Below the pieces are notes generated by a model. It saw only the letters and a program-made list of their open reading frames with translations, was not told the origin of the DNA and did not search any database. 14,440 nucleotides of DNA from Octopus sinensis (Eukaryota). Location: assembly GCF_006345805.1 (NCBI RefSeq), contig NW_021825804.1, positions 1-14,440 on the forward strand, in the 5' to 3' direction. Positions 1 through 8,505 of this stretch are shown here, piece after piece (within the stretch, counting starts at the first letter, position 1; the number at the start of each line of letters is the position of its first letter). Made by a program: the position numbers and the translations under genes.

Positions 1-84
1 AATTTAGATTCGGAAATTCAGGGCTCCGTGGAAATTACGAGAGCTAAAGCAATTTATAGCTACCTCTTTAAAGGCAGTAAACAA

Positions 85-125
85 GTATATATATATGTGT
101 GTGTGTGTCTGTATGTATCTATGTA

Positions 126-176
<51 letters not shown>

Positions 177-453
177 ATATGGATAATATTATATATACCA
201 TATATTTATATATATGTATATATGTATTTAATATATGGTGTGTGTGTGGTGAGTGTATGTATGTACATATATATATATATTAAATGTAATTGTTGCTAGC
301 CGCCCACATATGCATATGCATATATATATATATATATATGCACGCAACATTCTCTACACTTTTCGTTCACTAAGTTTTGCATATCCGTCTAACAAGCTAT
401 TTAATTCATTGCTCTGTCTCTTTCACTTATTCTTCATTTCCCCCTCTCTCTCC

Positions 454-506
<53 letters not shown>

Positions 507-600
507 GATCTATCTATCTATATTCTATCTATCTATCAATCTATCTATCTATCTATATCTATCTATCTACCTATCTAGCTATCTATCTAAATATATATAT

Positions 601-634
<34 letters not shown>

Positions 635-813
635 ATGGTGGTGTGTGTGATGTGTGTTGTGTGTGTGTGTGGTAAAGAGAGAAAGAAAAGATAGGCGAAG
701 AGAGAGATAATAGGCACCTCCGTTATGTTACTAACAAATATATATGAATGTATGTATGTGTTCGTGTATGCATGTATGTGTATATATGTATATGTACACA
801 GACACACACAGAT

Positions 814-844
<31 letters not shown>

Positions 845-880
845 CATATAACCACATACATATATGTGTGTGTGTATGTC
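85..880. repeat. Compound microsatellite cluster: (TA)n/(TG)n 85-340, (TATC)n ~446-590, (TA)/(TG)/(CA) 591-880
   Basis: Directly visible tandem repeats. Confidence 0.97.
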
Positions 881-920
881 TATGCTTTTCCCTACCACCG
901 GTTGACAACCGATGCGGGTT
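875..920 (+). mobile_element. Small fragment of the 3' half of SINE family 2, abutting the truncated retrotransposon
   Basis: 886-910 TTTTCCCTACCACCGGTTGACAACC matches 7702-7726 TTTTCCTCACCACCGCTTGATAACC at 21/25. Both follow a (TG)n tract. Confidence 0.6.
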
Positions 921-949
921 GTCGATGAAGTAATACCAGCTAATACCAG

Positions 950-2100
950 TAGTGTCGACCAAGTAATACCAGAGTGGTTGACATTGGGTAGGACAGTGCT
1001 GTGCTTGAAAAACATCGAAAAAGGCAATACGGTAGACAATTACAGGCCGATATCCTGTTTGTCACTTATGTGGAAGTTATTGACTGGAATATTCGCAGAG
1101 TCAATGTACGAACATTTGGAGAAAATGGAGTCCTGCCATTTGAACAGAAGGGTTGCTAGCGCAAGTGCAGAGGTACCAAGGATCAACTCCTGATAGACAA
1201 AACTGTACTTAGAGACTGCAAGAGGAAGAAAAGTAACTTAGCCATGTCATGAATCGACTATCGTAAGGCGTACGATATGATCCCACAGTCTTAGATTATG
1301 GAGTGTGTGAACCTATTTGGTATTGTATCGAATGTTAAGCGATTGCTTTGAAAAAGTATAGTGAATTGGAGGACGGACCTGACAGCATACGGGAGAAGCT
1401 TAGGGACAGTACAAATTAGGCGAGGCATCATCAAAGCGGACTGCCTGTCCCCACTGATCTTTGTACTGTGCTTGATACCACTAACACTGATTCTGAGGAA
1501 AGCAAAAGCTAGGTATGTCAAAATGTCAACTATTCGTTATTCATGGATGACCTCAAACTTTATGGTAAAGGTGAAGCCTAAATCAGTTCCCTCGTTGATA
1601 CGGTGTACATCATTCAGTGCTGATATTAGAACGGAGTTCGGACAGAGAAAGTGTGGTGTGTTAGTTTTGAAGAGAGAGGCAAAATCAAATTTATCGACGA
1701 GCTAACGATACCGTCGGGGGAGGTTATGAAGTAGATAGAAGAGACGAGCTATAAGTACTTGGGAATATTGGAAATGGATAAATTGATGGAAAAAAGAAAT
1801 GACAGAAACATTTATGGAGGAGTACTTGCGCAGACTGAAACTGATCCTAAAGTCGAAATTAAATGGGCGGAATAAGATCAGAGCTATCAATACCTGGGCG
1901 GTTTCTCTCCTTAGATATGGAGCAGAGGTACTCGCATGGACAGCATACGAACTAAACCGCTGCTAACTAGGTATGGGTCACTCCAACCAAAAGGTGACAC
2001 AGACAGACTATATGTACAAATAAAAAGAGGGGGAAGAGGACTTATTGGATGCGGACACAGCATTAGATCAGCAGAAAACAACATAGCAGGTATGTAAAAA
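950..2100 (+). pseudogene. Reverse transcriptase domain of the R4/Dong-like element, disrupted by frameshifts and stops
   Basis: RT motifs lie in different frames (NYRP frame 3, IDYRKAYD frame 2, FMDD frame 1). In-frame stops at 1157-1159 and 1250-1252. Confidence 0.9.
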
Positions 2101-2286
2101 ATGCCACAGAACCGCAATTATTGGACCTAAGAAGGTCAGGCTTGCGTACGATGAAAGGTTGCAACGAAAAAGCACCATACAAGAAATTGAAAACGAATAA
2201 ATCTGAAAATAGGTGGGTAAAGAAAAGAATGCATGGTCAATTTCATAGGAATGTTGAAGATTAAGACAGACAGAGAAAAAAGATAG

Positions 2287-2994
2287 TTGTGGATGACTAA
2301 AAGTGATTTAAAACCTGAAACAGAGGCTCTAATCTGTGCTGCCCAAGAGCAAGCACTAAGAACAAACTACATAAAATACAGAATAGGTTACACAGCAGAA
2401 AGAGATAAGTGCAGAATCTGTGGACAAATCGGTGAAAGCGTATGGCATATTACCAGCCAATGTACGCCATTGGCCAAGAAGGAATATAAAAGAAGCCACG
2501 ATAATATAGCCAGGCTTGTCCATTGGACACTTTGCAACAAGTATGGACTTGACAGAGCAAAAAATTGGTACTACTACAAACCTGAAGGCATCGTCGAAAA
2601 TGGAAATGCAAAGAACCTATGGTATTTTATGATTCAGTGCGACCATAAGATAGTTAAAGGGGGGATGGACATAATCTTTATTGAGAAAGAAAACAAACTA
2701 TGCTGGATCATAGATATAGCATGCCCAGCTGGCAACAAGGTATACTATAAGGAAGAAAGAAAAGTCGAGAGATATGACAGGTTAGCTTGGGAAGTTAAGC
2801 AGTTGTGGTCGATGAAAAAGGTAGCAGTAGTACCAATAATTGTCGGAGGCCTGGGAACAGTGAGCAAAAATCTTGAGAAATACGTGGAACAAATAGGGGC
2901 TGCAATGAGGGTGGAGCACTTGCAGAAAACAGCACTGCCTGGAACCGCTCAAATACTCCAGAAGGTGCTCGAAAAACAAGAGGTGTTACCTTAG
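2287..2994 (+). pseudogene. C-terminal part of retrotransposon ORF: CCHC zinc knuckle + PD-(D/E)xK restriction-like endonuclease (open remnant, not an independent gene)
   Basis: CRICGQIGESVWHITSQC (C-x2-C-x8-H-x4-C); SHD in place of RHD/N (2494-2502); MD in place of the catalytic PD (2665-2670); IDIACP (D at 2713); VPIIVGGLG; LQKTALPGTAQIL. The 'start' is a TTG inside a longer decayed ORF. Confidence 0.88.
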
Positions 2995-3056
2995 TTCACT
3001 GGTAGTGAATAGCGGACACTGTAGTATATCTCCAGCGTTAGAAGGTGTGCAAAGGC

Positions 3057-3099
<43 letters not shown>

Positions 3100-3199
3100 T
3101 AATAATGAATATAATATGATAATATAATATAGTAATAATGATGATGATGGTGATGATGATGATGATAATAATATTTATATATATATATATAATATATAG

Positions 3200-3239
<40 letters not shown>

Positions 3240-3452
3240 TATACATATAATATACATATATACATATATATGTATATATATATGTACATATATACACACT
3301 ATGGAGAAATACACACAGATATGCACAAATGCGCGCAGACACGCGCGCTCGCACCTTGATATCACTTATTAACATCATCCAATAGAAAGTGCAACGCAAA
3401 AATGTGCATATAAATATACATACATACATATATACATATATATACATACACA
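3057..3452. repeat. (TAA)n retrotransposon tail grading into (GAT)n, (TA)n and (CA/TA)n
   Basis: Directly visible. Confidence 0.95.
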
Positions 3453-3799
3453 TAAACTCGACGATTATATGACGATAATATAAAATTCGATTAAATAGGC
3501 TGTTAGCGCGAGTCACGTGTGGTGGGCACCTACTTTATCATTAATGCAGCTATTGTTATAGACCGCCAGCTATATACGTTGCCACTACTTTTCGTATCCA
3601 GAACAAGTTCCGATTCGTGAAAGTACACCACAGAAAATGGCTGACTTTAACAGTAAAAATCTACAATATCCGAGGTTCGTTTATATTGTTCGATGTATTG
3701 TTGATTTCATTTAAACGACTTTACCCTGGAGGCTGGCAGAGCACAAATCGTGATTTGCTCAGAAATTGATCCATTCTCTTGCGTTGAAAATATATTTAA

Positions 3800-4132
3800 A
3801 AATGATAATGATAATGATGATAATAATGATAGTGAGCAGAATAAAAATGATGACGATGATGATGATGATGATGAAGATACTAATAAAGATAATGATGGAA
3901 AATGAAGATGACGAAAATGATGATGATGATGATGATTATGGTGCTGCTACAACTACTAATACTACTACTGCTAATAATAGTAATAACAATAATGATGATG
4001 ATAATAATAATAATGATGCTGATGATGATGATGATGATGATGAAAATAAAGTTACTGATCATGGTAATGATAGGGGTGCTGACGATGATGACGAAGAAGA
4101 AGATTACAGGGCTACTACTACTACTACTACTA

Positions 4133-4165
<33 letters not shown>

Positions 4166-4170
4166 AGCGA
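3800..4170. repeat. Compound trinucleotide low-complexity tract (GAT/AAT/ACT)n
   Basis: Directly visible. Confidence 0.95.
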
Positions 4171-4325
4171 CTGCTGCTAATGGTACTACAATTGATATTA
4201 TTGTTGTGGTTTTCCATTATTTTTGCTATTGTTATTTATCTTATTACTGACGAATAAGCTATATATTTGTTTTTTTGTCTGTTTTCTACATGAACGAATT
4301 CACTCTTGAACGCAAATATACCTGT

Positions 4326-4348
4326 ACGAGCATATATATACATACATA

Positions 4349-4422
<74 letters not shown>

Positions 4423-4448
4423 TATATATATATATGTGTGTGTGTTTG

Positions 4449-4494
<46 letters not shown>

Positions 4495-4530
4495 ATACAC
4501 ATATATATATTTATGTGTATGTGTGGTGTG
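4326..4530. repeat. (TA)n/(TG)n microsatellite
   Basis: Directly visible. Confidence 0.97.
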
Positions 4531-4892
4531 AAGTTATGTATATTGAAACTATAATTCAGCGTACAAATATAAACCTGCTCGTTATTTTACAGTTCAAATT
4601 AGATTATAAAACTTAAATTCTATATTTCCGTTTCTTTCTCTTCCTGTCTCTCTCTCTTACTCGGTTACTAACTAAATACTTTCTCGGCGCTTCTCTCGCT
4701 CTCTCTTTCTCTCTCTCATACTTTCTCTTCCCTTACTCTCCAGTTATGTTGTAGCAGAAAATGTAACAATCACTGGCAAATTATAGAGAATAAATAAAGA
4801 AAAACCGGTAAACATCAATTCCAAAATAACGATGTAATTGGTTTTGGAATCTCACAAATTGCGAAGCTATATTTTTCCTTCATTAATTATTT

Positions 4893-5112
4893 GTGGTGAG
4901 CTGGCAGAACCGTTAGAACACCAGACAAATTGCATAGTGGCATTTCGTCCGTCATTGCTTTCTGAGTTCAAATTCTGCCGGGGCCTACTTTCCCTTCAAT
5001 CTTTCGGGGTCGAGAAAATAAACACCAGTTGAACACTAGAGTCGATTTAATCGACTTACTCCTATCCCACGAAATTCCTGGCTTTCTGCCAAATTAAAAT
5101 TTTTTTTATTAT
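4893..5112 (+). mobile_element. tRNA-derived SINE, family 1, copy a
   Basis: A-box-like TGGCAGAACCG (4902-4912) and B-box-like GAGTTCAAATTC (4964-4975). Colinear with the adjacent copy at 5116-5325. T/TTA-rich tail. Resembles an abundant octopus SINE (from memory). Confidence 0.82.
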
Positions 5113-5115
5113 TTG

Positions 5116-5323
5116 CATTCAACTGGCAGAACCATTTGGACGCCGGACAAATTGTTTAATGACATTACGTCCATTTTAACGTCCTGAGTTCAAATTCCGC
5201 AGAGGTCGACTACACCTTTCATTCTTTCGGGGTCTATAAATTGAATACCAGTAGAACAGTAGAGTCGATTTAATCGACTTAGCTCCTCTCCCAAACCTGT
5301 TGATCTCGTGCCAAATTTTTAAA

Positions 5324-5325
<2 letters not shown>
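5116..5325 (+). mobile_element. tRNA-derived SINE, family 1, copy b, with (TTA)n tail at 5326-5355
   Basis: CTGGCAGAACC head, GAGTTCAAATTC (5186-5197), CTTTCGGGGTC and AGTCGATTTAATCGACT (5263-5279) are all shared with copy a. Confidence 0.82.
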
Positions 5326-5355
<30 letters not shown>

Positions 5356-5911
5356 GAGTGAGAGAGCAGTTCATGCCATCAAAGTGACACTGGGGTAAAA
5401 TATACGAAGCCCAATATACCCATCATGACTACCCGTCTGATAAAGGTACACCAGGCACATGCTCACACAACCATATGTGGCGCGACATGGTGATCTCATA
5501 TCAAGATAAAAGCACATGACCTTGCAGTGGGGCCCAGTTAGAATTTTCTTCAGGTTGAGTAGCCCATCCCGCTCAAACGGTCCCTGAATAAGGGTTGTTT
5601 AAGGATGTTGAAAGAACAACCCCCCATGTTTCCCAGAGGTGAACTATTCAACCCCAAAGAATCCCTCTCAACACATGGCTATGATGCTCCCCCCCTACTT
5701 CTGCTCGTGATCAGAGATGCACATATCGTCAGCCACTAAGGGACAATGCTCAACTGGTTAAGGTCAAACAACTGACAAGCAAATCTTGGTATTGTGAGGC
5801 AGAATATTTGCTGTAGCCCATCTTTATACCAAGACAAAACATGTACATATAACACTTCCAATCAGTTAAGTCAGAAGCCATGAGAGCTACTGCCTGGTAC
5901 TGCATCAGGGC

Positions 5912-5912
<1 letters not shown>
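5356..5912 (-). mobile_element. Orphan ~557-bp non-coding interspersed element sharply bounded by (TTA)n on both sides (putative non-autonomous retroelement)
   Basis: Complex sequence with abrupt transitions into (TTA)n at 5355/5356 and 5912/5913. No ORF in the track and no obvious tRNA head. Recalled as a high-copy octopus repeat. Strand is inferred from a (TAA)n tail and from its neighbours. Confidence 0.6.
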
Positions 5913-5957
<45 letters not shown>

Positions 5958-6085
5958 GTTTTTTTTTTTCCTTTCTTTCAAATTTGATTCCATTTCCTTG
6001 CCGATTGTTTTTCCGCGACTCCTAGGGCAAAGAAACTCATAGTATCATTGGTAGGCCATTAAACCATACTCAATAGTTCGTTCAT
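5958..6085 (-). mobile_element. 3'-UTR-only fragment of R4/Dong-like family B
   Basis: Direct repeat of 7037-7160, including an exact 30-nt match CGACTCCTAGGGCAAAGAAACTCATAGTAT (6016-6045 = 7088-7117). Flanked by (TTA)n on both sides. Confidence 0.85.
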
Positions 6086-6172
6086 ATTATTATTATTACT
6101 ATTAATTATTATTATTATATATTATTATATTATTATTATTATTATTATTATTATATTATTATTATCATTATT

Positions 6173-6709
6173 GTCTTGCACAGCTTCTAACGCTGGAGAT
6201 GTACTACATTGTCAGCTGTTCACTACTAGTGAACTAAGATAACACCTCTTATTTTTCGAGTACTTTCCGGAGTATTCGAGCGGTTCCAAGCAGTGCTGTT
6301 TTCTGCAAGTGCTCGACCCATATTGCAGCCCATATTTGTTCCACGTACTTCTCGAGATTTTTGCTTACTGTTTCCAGGTCTCCCACAATTATTGGTACTA
6401 CTGCTACCTTTTACAGTGATCAGAACTGCTTAACTTCCCAAGCTAACCTGTCATATCTCTCGATTTTTCTTTCTTCCTTATCGCATACCTTATTGCCAGC
6501 TGGGCATGCTATAGCTATGATCCAGCATCGTGTTTTCTTTCTCAATTAAGACTATGTCCGGCTTCCTATTCTCTATCTTATGGTCGCACTAAATCATAAA
6601 ATTCTATAGGGTCTTTGCATTTCTATTTTCGACGATGCCTTCAGGTTTGTGGTCGTACCAATTTTTTGCTCTGTCAAGTCCAATCCAAACTTGACTCAAC
6701 AAGTGTGGA
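6173..6709 (-). mobile_element. 5'-truncated R4/Dong-like family A copy 2 (endonuclease region + 3' UTR)
   Basis: The reverse complement aligns to ~2535-3056 (about 85-93% identity by hand count, depending on segment). Retains the RKPD catalytic motif (6556-6567) but has stops. (TAA)n tail at 6087-6172. Confidence 0.93.
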
Positions 6710-6714
6710 TTATT

Positions 6715-6759
<45 letters not shown>

Positions 6760-6951
6760 TCTTTTCATTATAACTTTATAATGTACCGGGCATCCTCCGG
6801 AGGCCAAGAATAGCAAGGGCACTTTCGGTTTGCTAGGCATGCTAGAAGTATCATCACATTTATTCCATTTCAGATGGAGAGTTCTTTCCGTAGAATACGG
6901 GCTGTACCCATCAAGGTTATCTTTTGTAGCTCACTCGCGAGATCTGGGCAG
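6760..6951 (-). mobile_element. 3' fragment of a third R4/Dong-like family (C)
   Basis: Minus strand 6929-6870 reads LQKITLMGTARILRKELSI*, homologous to LQKTALPGTAQILQKVLE of family A. It is followed by a ~110-nt unrelated 3' UTR and a (GAT)n/(TAA) tract. Confidence 0.75.
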
Positions 6952-7004
6952 TTATTATTATTTTTATTTTATTATTATTATCTTTATTCATTATTATTAT
7001 TATG

Positions 7005-7036
<32 letters not shown>

Positions 7037-7372
7037 CTTTTTTTCTTCTTTCATTCCTGCTTCCATTCATCTTGCCGAGTGTCTTCCCGACTCCTAGGGC
7101 AAAGAAACTCATAGTATAACATTGGTAGGCCATTAAACTAAACTCACTAGTTCGTTCATTTCTTTTTAAAGTTACATTTAAAAAATACATGGGTAGTAAT
7201 AGTTCTCCACATCGACAATGTTCTTCTCAATACGTGTGACGTACCAGTTAAGACAATCTTTTGCACTTCTTGCAGGGATCATCTCATATAATTTCGTTCC
7301 CTTCTTGATCATTCCTAGTGCCCCTACGATCACTGGTATGTAACGCCTTGAGATGCCAAGGCGGTTACAATA
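7037..7372 (-). mobile_element. 5'-truncated 3' fragment of R4/Dong-like family B
   Basis: Minus strand reads IPVIVGALGMIKKG (7339-7298) and, after a frameshift, LQEVQKIVLTGTSHVLRRTLSM (7275-7210), homologous to the family A C-terminus. The 3' UTR matches 5958-6085. (TTA)n on both flanks. Confidence 0.85.
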
Positions 7373-7404
7373 TTATTATTTTTATTATATATTAATTATT
7401 ATTC

Positions 7405-7435
<31 letters not shown>

Positions 7436-7534
7436 ATTATTATTATTGTTACTGAATAACAGTGGTCAGGCAGTTTTCTTCTGTCGGTAGCTATAGCGAA
7501 AGTGAAAAATTTTCCTCATCATCCACTCTTCACT

Positions 7535-7900
7535 GGCTTTTTCAGCCCCTATTTAGGCACCTTAGGCACCTGGGGTAAGTACTTCTTCTGTAGCTTCGGG
7601 TCGATCAAAGCCTTGCGAGTGAATTTCGTAGATGGAGAGAAGCCCGTCGCGTTTATGTATATGTCGTCTGTGTGTGTGTGCGTGTGTTTTCCTGACTCTG
7701 GTTTTCCTCACCACCGCTTGATAACCTGTTGGTGTATTTATGTCCATGTAACTTATCGGTTCGGCAAAACAGCCCGAAAGAATAAATATCAAGCTTTAAA
7801 AAGATAGATACTGGAGTCAATTTACTCGACTAAAATCTTCAATGCGTTGCTCCAGCATGACCAAAGTCGGATGGGAGAAACAAAAGATATAAGATGAAAG
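7535..7900 (+). mobile_element. Degenerate tRNA-derived SINE, family 2 (bipartite, with internal TA/TG microsatellite), head eroded
   Basis: CAAAGCCTTGCGAGTGAATTTCGTAGATGGA...GAAGCCCGTCG is homologous to the minus-strand copy at 11272-11408. Internal (TG)n at ~7668-7688. The 3' half matches the fragment at 886-910. Confidence 0.75.
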
Positions 7901-8474
7901 AAATATAAATTTATCAATAGTCTACTATAAAGAATTTCTAAATACCTTGAAATGCAAGGTATACTATGGTAGAAGCTATTCACATTCATGTTACTGGTTT
8001 CTAGTCTTCTTATATTATCATCAGAGAAAATATACAAATCTACTCTCCACAAATGCATTCGCAGATTAACGTTATTTATAGTGTATACAAAGTAAACCAC
8101 TGCTAAACTAACCAGTCTGATTTGTGTTGGCAACATGGTTTCATATCACAGTATAAAATAATTAATTGCAAACAAATCTACCAGCGAATTCCATATTGTA
8201 TATTCTATATACAGCTACAAGCTACAATTCTCTCTGTGGACAGGTATAAGAACACATCAGATAGCTTTTTCTATCCGAGGAGTAAAACACAGGTAAAGCT
8301 TAAACATGTGTGTGGCTCTGCATGTGTGTGTGTGTGAGAGTGAGTGTGTGTGAAACAGTACTGCGCGACCAGGTGTTTGCCAGAATTAGTATCCATATAT
8401 CTTTCCACTAATTCAATTATAGAGTCGAATTCATGTTTTCCTATGCATTTAAGAGGTTTACAAGCTCAGTTTAT

Positions 8475-8505
8475 ATCTATCTATCTATCTATCTTCTATC
8501 TATCT
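8475..8505. repeat. (TATC)n, upstream flank of the Tx1-like LINE
   Basis: Directly visible. Confidence 0.95.

Larger units (their letters stand above)
950..3056 (+). mobile_element. 5'-truncated, degenerate R4/Dong-clade non-LTR retrotransposon (RT + CCHC + restriction-like endonuclease), family A copy 1
   Basis: Manual translation across frameshifts and stops gives ordered motifs: [19 protein letters not shown] (1038-1061), [19 protein letters not shown] (from 1142), IDYRKAYD (1253-1276), RRGIIKADCLSP (from 1418; degenerate RGIFQGDxLSP), catalytic FMDD (1540-1551), YKYLGI (1750-1767), NKIRAINTWAV, DRLYVQIKRGGRGL (~2002-2043), CCHC knuckle (2410-2463), endonuclease region, then (TAA)n tail from 3057. 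Confidence 0.93.
5326..7448. repeat. Discontinuous (TTA)n array: 5326-5355, 5913-5957, 6087-6172, 6710-6759 (TTA then CAT), 6952-7036, 7370-7448
   Basis: Directly visible. The tracts separate the retroelement fragments. Confidence 0.95.

Noticed and set aside
1-90. Open frame 1 (NLDSEIQGSVEITRAKAIYSYLFKGSKQ) with possible GT donors
   Set aside because: Too short to distinguish from chance and not recognised. It could be an exon end, but is unsupported without upstream sequence.
95-962. Many Y/I/C/V-rich and YLSI-repeat ORFs on both strands
   Set aside because: Translations of (TA)n, (TG)n and (TATC)n, which lack stop codons in several frames. The same applies to ORFs at 3038-3516, 4275-4616, 9746-10171, 10882-11388 and 13880-14378.
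3766-4257. 163-aa ORF with acidic/Asn/Thr runs and a hydrophobic tail
   Set aside because: Entirely explained by (GAT/AAT/ACT)n repeats. Starts at TTG and has no domain-like sequence.
5560-5740. CTGACGA and CTGAAGA on the minus strand of the 557-bp element as possible hammerhead cores
   Set aside because: No following stem II closed by GAAA could be found by eye.
5326-7448. Repeat-spacer alternation superficially like a CRISPR array
   Set aside because: The repeats are variable-length microsatellites, the spacers are 130-560-bp retroelement fragments, the context is eukaryotic, and there are no cas genes.
7942-7962. 8-bp hairpin ATACCTTG-AAATG-CAAGGTAT
   Set aside because: Isolated, with no element context. 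Compatible with chance.
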